This document shows positions 14,280 to 28,653 of a stretch of DNA of 64,000 nt, in pieces. The notes below the pieces were generated by a model. That model worked only from the letters and a program-made list of their open reading frames with translations, was not told where the DNA came from and did not search any database. The number at the start of each line of letters is the position of its first letter. The first letter of the stretch is position 1. This stretch comes from Lama glama. Its lineage: Eukaryota. Where the stretch lies: contig CM052818.1 of NCBI GenBank assembly GCA_028534125.1, positions 2,544,001 to 2,608,000 of the forward strand, read 5' to 3'. Position numbers and translations under genes: made by a program.

Positions 14280-15600
14280 TGTGGCGGAGTCCCTCTGCTT
14301 CCCTCCAGCCCCTCCTACAAGTCCAACTCCCGAATTTCCGCAACGGAGGGCGGCTTCAGGTACCAAGCCGGCCTTGCTCAAAGCACCTCCCTGGGTAATT
14401 GACAGCTGGGGAAATCCCACTGAGACCCGCCCCCAAGCCCCTCCTTGCTAGACTGAGTGGCGCAATCCGGTGGGAGTGGCTGCTGGCTCAGCCAATGGAA
14501 GGAAAGGGAGCAAGCGCTTGTGTAAACAAACCGAGAGGTGCTGCGCTTTGAGCTCCTCCCCCACGTGGGGGCCAGACGCATCCTTGGCCCAGTGCCTATC
14601 CTGGACTACCTTAGCGTCGTTTCAGCCAATCAGAGCCGGTGTCTCTCGCAAGGAGGCGCTCCACCCCAAGGGAAAGACCGAAGGGAGCAAAAAGACAGAC
14701 ATTGATACCAATCAGACGCTGCAACTTCTAAGGGAGTGGGCGGGAACTGCTTCACGTTTAGACCAATAAACAGCACACGTGCCCTTCTAGGTGACTGAGC
14801 GGCGTCCTCTTTCGTCCAATAGACGAATGGGGCGGTGCCCAGCAACCAATGGCTTGAGTTCCGGGGCGGGGTGAGGAGTCAGTGTGCAGTTAAGAGGTAA
14901 CCTGGAGAGTGGTAACGGCGCTCCTCTGGTGCTGTGGCTCACGCTTTGGTACTGGAGGCCGAGACTGTTCTGACGACGGCGACCTCTGCGGCTACAGCTG
15001 AGGTTCTCGGAGGAGTGGCGGAGTACGGTCTGGAGGAGAGGCTTCTGGACAGCCCAGGTGGGCAGGGGCGCCCGGGCTGCCAGGGAGGGGACCCGCGGGA
15101 AGCGCCGCTCTCCCGGCTCTGGGGGCCGCCCTGCGCCTCCCTTTCCGCCGCCGTCGGGACTGTGAGGGGCATCGCGCGCCTGCCCGAGCTCCCGTGGGGA
15201 GGGTAAGCCGGCGGGTCCCACGTCGCGGCGGCCGGCGAGAAAGGGCGTCCGCTGGGGTCAGCCCCTGCCCCTCGGAGGCGCTATGCGGTCTTTAGTCTCT
15301 TTCTCCCCCCACTGGCGCGCTATTCTTACCCCACTCCCAGCTTCCCTGGACTCCCTCAGCCCCCTTGTAACACTCGGACTGAAACCTCAGGCTTGCGAGT
15401 CCCTTTACTGCCCCGGTGCACCACTGCTAGGCAAATTGACCAGTGCAGCCTCCTTCCGTACCCCACCCCCCCCAAAATGGGGAGGGGGAAAGAGTTGCGC
15501 ATTATCGGCCCTCTCCCCTTCGCGGGCCCCCGTGCATTATTTGCGTTTCTGATACTCCCTCCGCTTTCCGCGTTACTCTAGCCCTCATTCTTGATACCTA
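14280..15600 (+). promoter_or_regulatory. CpG-island promoter of PAIP2B with six CCAAT boxes, GC boxes and E-boxes
   Basis: CpG-dense. CCAAT at 14492, 14626, 14708, 14763, 14816, 14846; GGGCGG boxes near 14738, 14830, 14864; CACGTG at 14562 and 14776; TGTAAACA forkhead-type site at 14521. Confidence 0.85.
14880..15057 (+). other. PAIP2B: Probable non-coding exon 1 (5'UTR) of PAIP2B; 5' boundary approximate
   Basis: Directly downstream of a CCAAT/GC-box cluster in a CpG island; ends at donor-like CAG|GTGGGC (15057/15058); the only CpG island upstream of the coding exons. Confidence 0.65.
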
Positions 15601-17421
15601 ATTTGAGTTACGGACCTTAGCCACTTCGCTTCATCCTTCCCCTCAACGAATGGGTCCTTTACTCCCTCCCACCCCCTAAATTTCATTCTCACCTCTCTTG
15701 GAAACTAACATTTTCCACTTGCCCCTTCCAGGCAGCTGGAAGGTGGACGCGAGAGAGGCAGAATACACTATAGAGGGAGCTTTGCAAGGCTGGAAACTTT
15801 AATCGGTTTTGTTCATGGTAAACCATTCTTGCCTTCCTTAAAATGGCATTTGATCATTATATCCTTTCTAGAATCTTTGTCCCATTACAGTTGTTTTGGT
15901 GATAATTTTTGAAAATGCGAATGAGAAGGGTTTGCTGGCAGCAAGACATTTTAAAATGTTTTATTTTTCAAGTGGATAGGATTGGATTATACTTTAAACA
16001 GTTCAGCTGGAGTCTCCCAGAGTTTGCAGTGTAAGGGCCTGACCACCCTACTTTGTCATAAAATATAGGATATACTTTAGCTGTATAGCATAATGTGATT
16101 TGATCACACCCAGACTGTGGATAATATAGCATTGAATCTGTTTAAAAACAGCATTGTATTTATCTTCATAGTATCTTAGTTTGGGTTTCAATAGTTTTGG
16201 TTATAGCCATATGTTTCCAGATAAAAGTACAAACTATGTTGTGCCTGAATAAAATATGTCAAGAATTTTACGGGGAAAAAGTAACTTATCATACTTAGTT
16301 TTGATTGAGACTTCAGAGTTTTGAAAATATTAATTTAGATATTGAACAGTGAGGATTTTGTTTGAGGGGATGGAGGAAATCAAAGTATTGGGATAAGCCT
16401 GTTGGGGCCTTTACCCTGTGTGCGTGGAAATGGGAGATGGGGGAGGGGAGAAAACACGGATACAAAGCCTTGTAGGTGCTTAGTTTCATGACGTTACATA
16501 AATTGGAATTATTTTTCCTAGTTCCTAGTGGGGAAATGTAAGCAGTGAGTTTAACATCATGTCCACTGTGTTTTGGCCAGAATTTCACAAACTTTTGTGA
16601 AAAATTCTCATTGTTTTCCTTATCCTATTTGTGACATATATATATCAATATGCTACCTTGTATTTTACTGCGGTAATACTGTATCTTGTATATAGAGAAA
16701 TAGGTCTAGTAGAATGAATTAAAAGGAATCTTTACTCTGAGGAGGCAGCGTTGTCTAATGGACCATATGTTTGAGCCCTGTTAATACAAAAAATCACACT
16801 GAAAAAAGGAATATCTTAAAACTGTTGTAACAAATGCCCAGGTGTCTAGAACAATAAAAAGATTTATGACAGAATTATTACCAGTCATCAAATTAAAGTC
16901 CTAGACAAATTGCAAACCTATGTGTTAGTTACTATTGTGAGTTGGTATAAGGCTGCACTGGAAAACTAGTTATTTTTGTACAGTCTTTTCAAGTATGTTT
17001 ATGCTTAGTAATTATTTCTTTGCAAATTTAGAGCACTGTAGCTGTGATTTCTTCCTAGATTCCTTGCCTTTAAGGAGCTCATAGTTTAATGGAAAAGAGA
17101 CCTGTAAACCACGAATTAAATGCAGAGGGAGAGATTCTGCAGTGTAGGGGATGTACAGGACCCAGAGAAGCACTGTGGCCCTGTGTTCTTCCTCATCTCC
17201 TACTGCTCTAGACTTTCTAAAGTGCCATTGCCTGAACCTACCTGTTTACTTCACATACCTGGGCCTGTCTGCAGGCACTCTTCTCTCTTCTTTCAAGCCT
17301 TTTCCACACCTTATGTGCCTGATGAGGTCCGATTTCAAAATCATCTTGAAGCCTACCACTGCCTACACTCTATCCAAATAATTGTTTTCTATATATTTCT
17401 GTTATTTTGTTATAAATAATT

Positions 17422-17955
17422 AAGTTGACTCTCATTATTGACAGTGGTTATGGTCTATAAAGTCACACAGAACTCTAAATTAGCAAATACTGAGCCGTTG
17501 TTCCTAAGGAAAATATGTACATTTCTCACATAGATTTTTATCTTAAATCCTGAATACAACCCATCCTGGTAGATTCTGTTTTCCTTATTTTACAAAAGAG
17601 AAAATGAGGTTCAGAAGGGTTAAGTGACTTGCCTGAGGCCAATCCCTAACAAGTGCGGAAGTTAGGGCTCAAACCCTGTCCTACTGGCCCATGAGCCAGA
17701 GCTCCTTGCACTGCACTACACTGCCCCCTACTGTCTGTTTCTTAGTCACGCCCGTGAGAGCTGAAATGCAGAGCACTGCTTAGTTTGACCTTAGCTGGGA
17801 ATGTGCTCCAGGAGTGACTTAAAATTTTTGCTACTCTGTGCCTATCCGTGAATGACTGCAAAGGCACCACCAGGATTGATTTTGGGGTTCAAATAAAATT
17901 TTAGCAAGTAAGCAGATTCACAAATAGAGCATACACAAATAATGAGGGTCAACTG
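17422..17955. mobile_element. TcMar-Tigger non-autonomous element (MER82-like)
   Basis: TIRs agttgactctcattatt ... aataatgagggtcaactg with TA flanks. Confidence 0.7.
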
Positions 17956-20900
17956 TACTTGAAGATCAACCCTGGAGTCTTTCATGGTAACCGTCCCTGC
18001 AGTCCACTGTGGAATGTGCCTTTAGCGTCTTTGAGAATTTATTCACTTATTCATTTATTCAACAAATATTTATTAAGCACTTACTATAAGCCAGGTTCTG
18101 TTTTAGACTGTGGTGAACAAACTAGAGATTAAGCTGCTACCCTTATAGATGTTAAATTTGAATAGGAAAGACAGATAGCTAACAGCCTGGAGCTCAGGGA
18201 ATTAGAGATTAATTTGGCCAAGGTGATACCCAGTGTGGCCCCTCCAGCTTCACATGCCCTAGTACACTGATTTCCTGAACAGTTGTGTTTTCCTCTGTGC
18301 ATACGCTCTTCCTTTTGAGCCTCTCTACTTGTTAATAGTTGTTTTTGAGGTCATTTTTTCCATGTTACTGACAGGATATTCTAAAATAATCAAGTTAGCC
18401 AGGTCTTTGATTTCTGCCTTTGCCACCCAGCAACTGAGTGAATTTGGTCAAGCTGTTGAACTTTTTAAGCCTGTTTCCTAATTTCAAAAGTGATGATGTG
18501 ATGTGCTAGGTCCCTGTGGGTTGGAAGAAAGAGTCACACACGTACTACTTTTGATGATGAGGGTTTAGTGTAAACTTTAGTGGGATATCATCTCAGCCAC
18601 CATATTGTCCCTTGACCCTAGTGCTTTCAAAACCTTATAAAACAATAATTTAGCAGTATTTCAAATAGGATTTGAGCTCTGGAGACCAGAGCTTGTTCAC
18701 CCAGAATTGTGTTTCCTATGAGGGAGCATCTGATTGGGTTGGTTTGTCACCTTTTAAAATGGAGGATCCCTACTGAGAAGAATTTTGAACCAAGCCATGT
18801 CCTAGGCAATCTCCCTTAAGTTCAAGCTGTGGATTGTCCTTAGAGCTCTGAGTCTGGTCCAGTGGCCAAAGTAGTAGAATTAGTTTCATGTATTTTTCTG
18901 TGACACAGACTGTAATATATATGAAAAGACCCCTTTGGAGACAGTTTCTTCAGAAAACAATTGAGGGTAGAGCAGTCCTTAGAGTTTCATGGACTTCTGC
19001 CCAATTCAAATACCTATCTAACATGATTATAGGCAGTGTTTAATAAAACACCTAACAAGATAATTGACACATGTCAAATATTTAAAAGATCTTCGTTTTG
19101 GTGTTGCACTTAACATTATTATAGTGTGGTTATTTGTTCGTGTGGCTGTCTTACTAGACTTTGAGTTCCATGAGGACAGGATCAACATCTGTATCCTTCT
19201 ATCGTTAGTTCAGTGCCTGATATATGGTAATAAATGCACAAATGCCTGACTTGAAGAATTCCCTAACTTCCTGAAAGGATGGAAGGATATGAAAGCTTCC
19301 CAGAGAAGGCATTGTTTAAGCTGGTTCTTAAGAATGAGTAGGAATGCTTTCCAGGTGTATAAATCCTTGAGGCAGCATTCCAAGTAGGGACCAGCAGGTG
19401 CAAAGGCACAGACTTATAAAAAGATAATGAAGTCTACAGAACGTTCCTATAGATTAAAACAACAAACAAAAAGCAAACAAACAAAAATCACCTAAGGGGA
19501 GAATTATCATTGGGCTTGGCCAGAGGGCAAGTCACGACTGAGTTAACCATGACCAAAGTTGCTCACTAACAGATGCAAATTTTAGGGAGAAAGCGTAATA
19601 TTCTTAAGTTGTTGACGGGGTATCAGTAACAGTTTAGAAAACAAGCATTGACTTCTGGGAACTATTACACTGTAGTAAAATTATTTACTTCTTCATCATG
19701 AAGCTTATATGTGTCCCACACTGTTCAAGATGCTGAAAATGTAATCAGACTCATTGTCAAGAGGCTTACAAGCTAGTGTGGAGGACAGATGGATGAACTT
19801 GACTTATCACGTAAGTGTGGTATGAGAGATATGAATAAAATGTTACCTAAACCAGGAGAAAGGAGTAGTTAGTAATATGGAGCCATGGGGGAAAATTTCT
19901 CAAATGAGGTGATATTTGAGCTAGGCCTTGGTAGGTGAAGAGATAGGAGTTCACAAGACCAAAAGTAGGGACTTTATGAGGAATATTTGTGGTAGGAAAG
20001 ATTGAGGAATTTTCCATTTTTGCTATATCTGTTGTGGGCGTTCAATTAATAATTATAGTTATTTCAGTAACTTCTCTGAGCGTAAGACGTGAGTAGCTAT
20101 GCCGTAGCAGAAGAATTTTGTGTCAAAATATGCTGGGTTAAACAAAGATTTCTGTAATGCAGGACTGCTCTAGAGCTTTTATTTTAGTGTCCTTTGTGGA
20201 TTGTGGATCTCCGAAAGGGGTACATTGTGTTTAACCATGGCTTCTCCTCTCCTCAACCCCCCACCCCACCCCCTGCAGCATACAAAAGATGTTTATCTTT
20301 TGGAGAAGAATTGCAGAGACATAGTTTGAGAAATGATGAATTGAATTAAAATATATCTTTACCAAACTAAGATTATTGATAGTGTCTATGTGCATTGTAA
20401 AATAGCATATATAATCTTGCAGAAAAGGAGAGACATTTGGAGAAAAAGAATACATTTCTACCGAAGTTATTATCATCTTGGTCAGTAAGTCCCAAACTTA
20501 GAAAAAATTGTTATATGATCACACCCCTCCTTGAAAAGTCTGGCTTATTCATATTTTGAAATTCTGTAAAGTGATCAGAGACACCCTGGGGTGTTGCGGA
20601 ACCAGAGCAGGAGTCAACAGTGGTGGCAAAGGCAAAAGTCATCTTGAAAGTGAGACTCTTCCAATTTGAGGGGATGCTACTTTTATTCTGCATTCATTTT
20701 AGGCCATATTAAGCATGTACCTTGCCAGTTGGGTCTTTTATTTAAGAGCATATTTAAAATACACGCCCTCTTCTGACTCTGGAATTTTGAGGACTGTATG
20801 CCAGTGTTCCCTCTTTTCAGTAATACTTGATCATATAAGCATTAAGATCTGAGACTTACTGTGTAATTTTAATTCATTTGTCAAATTATGATTATGTGAT

Positions 20901-23857
20901 TAACTCCCCAAAATATTGTTAAAATTAAGGAAGCAATGATCATGTTTTTGGTAGTGCATTGAATTTGAAGTCAGAAGATCTAGTTCTGAAGTCTGTCTCT
21001 GCCAGCTTTCTATTTGAATGACCTTGGGCACAACTGCCTAACCATCTGTGGCCTCCTTTTCTATTTTTTTTTCTTTCCCATTTTGACAAAATAAAAATGC
21101 ATAGGGTTAGTGTAAGAATTAAATGATGCATATAAACATACTTTATGAATTCTGAAGTACTATACAAAGACAGGTGAAGGAATGTATCCAGCTTAATTTG
21201 AATCAATTTTGTTTTTAGTTTTTAATTTTATATTACAGAAATAGTGTGTATTTACCATTGTAAAATTAGAAAGCATTGCATAGGTGAAAGGGGAGAAAAA
21301 CTAGAGCACCTCATAGATCTACCATACTGAGACAATGATTACCATTTTGATGGACATATTGAATGGATGTATAATTTCTGTACATGTTCTTGTGTGCGTA
21401 TGCATTTTAATAGAAATGCGTTCATCTTGGGTGTTTTGTTTAGTCATTTTATTTTTATAAGTCCCCTAAGAGTACATTTGCTTGGTTCAAGGAATTGTGA
21501 AGTCTTTTACTACCTATTTTTGTATATAATGAGGAAAAGCGCTGCCTTCTCAGCCTGGTGAACGTGTGACCCTTGTGGTAATCTAATATCCTGAGCCATT
21601 TCAGAAGCTTCATGAAAGGCACGTTCAGAAATGAACTTGCTGTACGTATGCAGTTATGCTTGGCATTTTTGTAATATCGTGCATGAAAAGGATGACTCCA
21701 GTGTGTCATCAAGGAGCTGGTTAAATAAACATCCAAAGCGTGGAATACTGTATAGTTGTAAAAAGAATGAAGAAGAGAGAAAAAAGGGTAGAATGAGACT
21801 ATACATTGCTTATAATTGCAAGAAGAAATTCTGAAATGATATATAAGAAACCAATGAAAGAAATAGGAGAAATGGGATTTTCACCATATGCCTTTATATA
21901 TATTTACATATTAAAAATGTTTTTGAGTCATGTGTTTGTATTACCTTTTCAAAAAATGAGTGAATGAATGGTGAATTAAATGTAGTAAAGAGAGAGAAGA
22001 AGAAAGGATTGTTAGGGGCTGCCCATCTTTTTGGTACCAGGTGAATACATAGCAACAGTAGCAAAGATTGGAAGAGAGGCCCCAGGGAGGAGTTGGCAGC
22101 CTTATTTTTCTCCTTTTACTCAGTTTTGAATATTTAAAAAATATTTTGAGAAGAATGAAATGATTTAAAACTGCCAGAATGCAGTCCGCATGGCTTGAAT
22201 AGCTGCTTTCTTTTTCATATTCACTTGTATTTTTTCATATGCATACAAATGAGTTTTCATTTCATTGCACTTTTAATATTTTTAAACTTATCTAATTAAA
22301 TTTTTTTTCTGTGTTGCTATAGGAGGACCTTTAAAAAAAAAAGTAGGGCAGGTTTGTCTCATGCACATCCCCAAAGTGGTCTCATCTACCTCAAGAGTCA
22401 AGAAATTCTAGCCGCCTATTCTATATGTGACATACTTACATGAGAAAAGATAAGAAAAAGAAGAGATTTAAATATATACAGATGAAAGTAACATATCTTG
22501 CAGATTATAAAAGAAACTACTTTTTTATAATTCAGAAAACAAAATATAAAGAAAAATGACCTTTATTTCCGCTACCCAAAACATTGTTTTTTTTTTCCTT
22601 TTAAACCTTTTCTAACGCATGTAAGCATTTTTAAGAATAGAATTATATTTATTTCTGGCAACTATTGAGATGCTCATGTAGTTTTTTTCTTTTCCTTTGC
22701 CTGTTAATATGATAAAATACATTTTCATATTTTTAAATTTTAGACCTTCCTTGCATTTCTGGGCTGAACCCTATTTGATCAAAGTGTTTTTGTTTTGCTT
22801 TAATTTTTAAATACATTGCTTGATTGTACTTGCTCATGTTTTATTTGAAATTATATGTTTCTACCATGGAAGTCGGTCTGTGGTTTTCTTTTGTATTATC
22901 TTTGTTCTGTTTAGTGTGCTGAGCTACCTGTATACTAATCATTGGACGGCTCTCTTCATTTGCTTGTCTTCTGAAACAGTTGCATGGGAATCACCTGCTT
23001 TTTGAAAGTAGGTGCTTTGTGGAGTGTAGACTGGTCTTGCCTATCCTTTAAAATACATTAATCTCAGAGGAAGTCAAATTTTAACATAGTGATTTGAGTG
23101 TCAACAAGAGGAGAACAGAATGTAATTACCTAGTGGGAGCTTGCTTTTGTTTGGAAGTGGTGTTCTCAGTGTCTTTTTGTTCCTTAGGCTAGTGCAGACT
23201 TTACACTTACCATCTGAGAGTTTACAAAGCCTGTGCTTTAATGTCAGACAGGTGTAACTGTCTAGTTCCAAAGCATTGCACGTATACAAAATGTGCCTAC
23301 CAGGGCTCTGCTTTATCCTGACTAAAAGCAAGAAGTAATGCAGTAAAACTCTCCCTAGCTAGAAGCTTTTGAAGAATGGAATGTTCTGGTTTAATTCTGT
23401 TAACTTGGGGAGTTTAAAGGTTTAAAAAAATCCTAAATTTCAACTCCCTGTTGAATGCAGTTCTAATACGTAGCCAATAATTCCACTTTTCTTCTTTAGT
23501 AAGTTTGATATATTCAGACCTAGTTGATGTTTTATTATAGAATCCCTAAAGTGTGTGAGGTGCACAATAAAAAGATCCTTATTTAGAACTTTAGATGTGA
23601 GAAGATGTAAATGGTATTGTGTGAAATCAGGCTGGATGGGAACCAATGCCTGTTAAGTATATATTTCAGTCTAAATCTCTGATTGCAGCTTGTTTTCTTA
23701 TTTAACTCATTAAAATAAAACACACTGGATGGAGAGTGGGAGTTGTGAGGAAAGTATATCTTTTATTTGGATGTCTTTATTTCATATCAAGATAAAACAT
23801 ACAGTACCCCTGGTTTTGAACCCACAGAAGGAAACACGTTTTTCTGTTTGGTGTATA

Positions 23858-24030
23858 CCAGTGGTGCTTCAGAAGCACCTGAAGTGCTTATTACTACCCA
23901 GATTGCTGGCCCCACCCAGGGTGCCTGATTCCCCAGGTCTGGCGTAGGGCCTGATAATTTGCATTTCTAACAAGTTCCCAGGTGATACTGATGGCTGCTA
24001 GGCCAGGAACTGAAGTTTGAAAGCCATTGC
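23858..24030. mobile_element. hAT-Charlie MITE (MER5A-like)
   Basis: gatt...ggtctgg...tttgcatttctaacaagttcccaggtgat core. Confidence 0.7.
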
Positions 24031-24526
24031 TGTATACTAACTGTAAATTCTAGAAATCTGGTTCTAGAAGAAAGCTAAGTTTGGTCTGGGAGTATAAGAA
24101 GCACATGGGTTATGGAGCAGATCATGAAAGGTTCAACTCTAGGCTGCTGCTAAGCATTGTGTTGAGTTCAGGTAAGGAGCCAGGTGCACTGAGGTGCCAC
24201 AGTTCTTGTTTTATGATTGGAAATCTGAGCCAAATGTCAAGTGAGAAATACCGTTTCATTCACAAGGCTTAGAGACCAGGGGGATTCTGATCAAAGAGGA
24301 TTACGTGAGAATGGGGGTTATTTATACCTCCGTTTTGTCTTCCCCACTTAACATTTAGCCTTGCTTTGGAAAGGCTCCTGATTTTATTTTTATGGGAAAG
24401 AACTTTGAGTGCCTATTAAATAGAAAGTTTTATGTATTTTAAAAGATATTAGCTATATTTATTCTTAAGCTTTTTTAAACAATATTTTAAGAGAATAAGA
24501 AATTTTTTTTAAGAAATCAAAGAATT

Positions 24527-24588
24527 AAATTATGCTCTACACTGGAAATTGACAAATTGTAAACTGACTATAACTCAATAAAAAAAAA
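24527..24588 (+). mobile_element. Very short L1 3'-terminal fragment
   Basis: tatgctctacactggaaattgac...ctataactcaataaaaaaaaa matches the L1 3' ends at 32.6 and 42.5 kb. Confidence 0.7.
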
Positions 24589-25709
24589 TCATTGGAATTA
24601 TATTGTGTTGTAATATGTTGGAGCATATAGTCTGCTTCATAAAACATCAAGCATACGATGGATTTTTTTTTAAGTGATTTGTCATTACATTGAGGTAATA
24701 TTAGTAATTCTTGTAATCCCTCTGAAGGTGAAAAATGAAGGCCAAAATCACAGACTTGGCACAGAAACTGGAGACAGGAGACAGCTATGAAGGAATAGAT
24801 AGATAGACACACACATTTACACACACGCATATATATATGCATATATAAAATACCCATACATACCCACAGTTTTTTAAATTATTATTTTTATTATTTTAGC
24901 TAAAGACAAAGATACCTGTGTTGAACTCAGGCATCAGCTCTGGAAGCCACACCTTTTTGTGAAGGAGTTTTGCTTCAACAAGTTTTTCTCACTTGTCTGC
25001 TACCTAATTTATGTGGTTCTTCTGCTGACACCGTCAGTTTTCAGGTTGACCAGCTGGTTCAGCATTGACTGTTGGAGGAAGAACTGGTATTACAGACAGT
25101 GGTTTGGGCAGATTCCCTACTTGGAAACCTTCCTGTTTTGCTCCCCTGACCCCTCCAGAGGAGAATTTGGAGAAAGAGGAGACTACAGACTAGAGCAGTT
25201 CTGAAGCTTGTTGCATCTGAGAAACAACCCTCAAGCTTTCTAATACACAGTATAGATTTTGGGGGTCTCACCTCAAGACCTTCTGAATCGTGATCTCCTA
25301 GAATGGAGCCTGGGGGCTGCATTTTTAACAACTTTCTGAAATAATTTTATGGAGCCCCCGGGCTCTGTGCCTCAGACCAGATGAGTGCTGGTCCTAGGTG
25401 AACTTTAACCAGCTGTGAAATAAAAAAATTAGGACCACATAGTGTTTTTCATAAAATTACATGTATTCAATATAAAGAATTGGTTTTTGCATTGAATTAA
25501 GGTCTTCTTGTATTTTTGGATGTTAAAATATCCTTTTATAAAATTATGTTGATAAGGATATTTTTATCATCCTTATTTAGTTCAAACAAATTGTCATCTT
25601 ATGTTGTCCTGAAAATATTTGTGAAAATTTACTGGTCTGTGAAATCCTAAAGATTGAGTATCTCTGATCTATTCATTTTTGGAAATTAAGTTTTTAAAAT
25701 ACTTTGGAA

Positions 25710-26025
25710 TACAGATCCACAGAAGATCCAAAATCTTTGGCTAGATAAGTTTTGAAATTCAGAATTTTTCAGATTTGAGAGCGATGCTTTCTCTGAGGGT
25801 TTTATAATATCTCAGTGGGTCTGGTGCCGAATCCTTAGTCACACACATTAATATTTCTCAGCGAAACAAGAGTATTCACACTAAGATAAATGAAGCTATA
25901 TATAGCTTCACATCAGTTCAGGCCAAGTTTCACTGTCAACTGTGTTTTGACATGAAGCATATGGAAAATTTTTAGTTTTTAGAGCTTTTTGTGTTTTGGA
26001 ATTGTGCATAAGAGATTATAGACTA
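25710..26025. mobile_element. DNA transposon relic (MER96B-like)
   Basis: cagatccac...gaaattcagaatttttcagattt ... ggaattgtgcataagagattat; recognised by eye. Confidence 0.4.
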
Positions 26026-28479
26026 ATATGGGGTCTGCTTTCTCATCCTAAAAGTGCCAGCAAGCTACAAATTAAATGGAGCATTGTATGTTCATAGTAG
26101 GGAATACAATGTATTTTGATTTAACACACTGTTGTGTGATGTGACCTTATTTGTATTTTCCTTCCAAAGACCTAGTCCTTTGGTTGAGTGGCATTTTTCT
26201 TCAGCCTGGTTCTCCCACTCTTACTCGCAATATTTGAGAAAAATCAGAGTTTTATATCATAGCCATTCTGGAACTAAAGTGGGAAGTGTGAGAGTGTAGG
26301 GTAGTGATTAACAGCATGGGCTTTGAGGACAGAAAGACCTAAGTGAAGCCCCAATCCTGACACTTACTAGATTGCACCTTCCTTTAACAAATCTCTGAAC
26401 ATCAGAGGATTCAGAGAATTCATCTGAAAAGCCAGGATAATAGCACCTACCTCAATAGGATTGTTGTGAAGGTGAAGAGAGAGAATGTTAGTGAAGTACT
26501 TAGAAGAGCTGTTACTCTTTTCTCATCTTCGTCCCCTGGTATTTGGCTGGGTTTCTTGCTTCTTCTGTGTAACTTGATTGTCTTATGGTACCCTCTGTTT
26601 CCCTTATAAATCTGGGTAAGCTTGCATCAAACACTTTCCCAATTCATGACCTAATTCTGTTCCACCCTTGCAACTTAGACATCACATCTGCCTCTCCACA
26701 CCAAAAAATCCACAGGCTTCTAAGTTCAGTAGTTTTACTAAAAATGAGTGTTTTAGGGTAGAGTCCACATTACAAAATGTGAGACTTTTCACTGTCTGAA
26801 AGGTACTGCTCTTACTTTTTTCATCTTTACTTTGTTCCAGCACTGTGACCCCGCTAACCAGGGAACCCTTTCCCTTTCTCCCATGGAACAGTTCTGCTCT
26901 TACCTTGGCCCCTCAAGGACTCACTTTCCACCCCAAATTAATTTTCAAGGAGTTTCTCCCACCCTAAATGATATCTTTCCTAAAAAGACTTCCAGTGAAT
27001 ACAGTTTTCTCTTCCTCATTACACATATATTTAAACTGCTTAGCTCCCTTTTCCCCATTTTGCTGTGGAAGATAATTCTTTATTCCCCAGAAATATATCA
27101 AATAAAATGAGCATGTGGTCCCTTTTTTTGGTGATTTTTGTTGGGCTTCTTGGTATGGATTGCTTCCAGTTTAGATAATCCACTATGGCAAGATGTTATA
27201 GCTAGCCTGCAGGCCGTGAAGAGAGTGTTACAGCCACCTGGTGTTATTAAACGCTAAAATAGTAAACAGGAACACGTAAAATATTTTCATGGACTAGAAG
27301 AGCCTTTTTTTCCCCTGAAGAGTAATTTAACCTGTCAAAAACAGATTCCTGAGTGATATTGTCGCTGCCTGTGGGGAGTAGCTGTTAATACTCAATGCAG
27401 AGTGCTCAGCCCACATCCAGGCCCCTAAGGGCATGCGCTTTCCTTCCTTTTAAGTGAGATGTGTGTGTGTGTGTCTCCATAGGTAAATTTATTGGAAATG
27501 AGATTTAGAATACAGCATTCTAAAAATGGCACTCCATCAACAAATTATTTGTTGAAGACCTGGTGGGCACATAAAAGCATGCCAGAAAGTGAAAAGGACT
27601 TGATTCTTGCCCTTAAGAAACTTCTAAGTTTATATATAGACAGTTCTCAATACACATAGTAATGCTTGCTCAAATATACGTACAATCAAACGTGAAACGG
27701 GGAGACCTTAGACGGAGATTGTATTTAGGCTTGTATGTTGGTACTTCTAATATTATTGTGCATTTGAAAAATAAGTTAAACTGTCATCAGATCAGTCTAA
27801 GACATTTAGAGGCTGTTCTTTCGTTATTCAGAAAAGTTACATGTATTTCATATGTAATAATAACATAGGAATGTTTTGATGAATGTTATCTGCTAAAGAT
27901 TCACAGTTTGCAATATTTCCATGTTAATAGCAAATAATACCTTGTTGGAGCTGAATATAGAGAAGTCAGGGTCCCTGTGATCACCATTTGATGTTATCCT
28001 GGGAAAACAGTTGATGAATTTTACCTGGGGAAGTAGAACTTAAGGGCAGATCTGGGTACAGAGAACTTGCCACTGACCGTAGTCAAGCATTGATTCACTA
28101 TTTGTGAGTACCTTTAAATCCTTTATGGAGAGCATTTTATGTCTGTTCTGTACATTTCCAGTAAGATAATAGTAATATCACAGAACATCCTTAAAGCATT
28201 GCTTCTAAAACTTTTGTTAGTTGTTAGGTTTAAAATGTAATAAATAGATAATAAATAAGGCAGTTAATTATTGGGGAAATGCTTGGTAGTTAAACAAGAC
28301 TTCTTAGAGCAATGAATTTACTTAATCATGGATTTTTTTTATTAATTAAAAATTTTTTTTGCAAAGAACGTTCACAAGACTGATGTTTTATAGAACACCA
28401 ATTTTGGAACTGCTTATGTAGGAATTAGGGCAGTTGGGATTTGTACTGTTCCACATAGAGTTTGCCACTGTATTAAAGA

Positions 28480-28653
28480 AATTGTTCTCAGTCTTTAGTC
28501 TTTCTGTGTATCAGAATCACCTATAGCAGTTAATAGGCAAAAGTACAAATGTTGGACCTTGGCTCAGGCCTGCAAATCAGAGTATCTGAAAGACTCTGAC
28601 TGTGGAAAAGCTTCCTGGTGATTCTGATGTGCTTCAGAGATTGAGAACCACTG
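28480..28653. mobile_element. hAT-Charlie MITE (MER5-like)
   Basis: gttctca...tcagaatcacct...ggtgattctgatgtg...ttgagaaccactg. Confidence 0.6.

Noticed and set aside
14763..14781. Possible ER-stress element (CCAAT-N9-CCACG)
   Set aside because: The sequence is CCAAT-N9-ACGTG; spacing and sequence do not fit the ERSE consensus.
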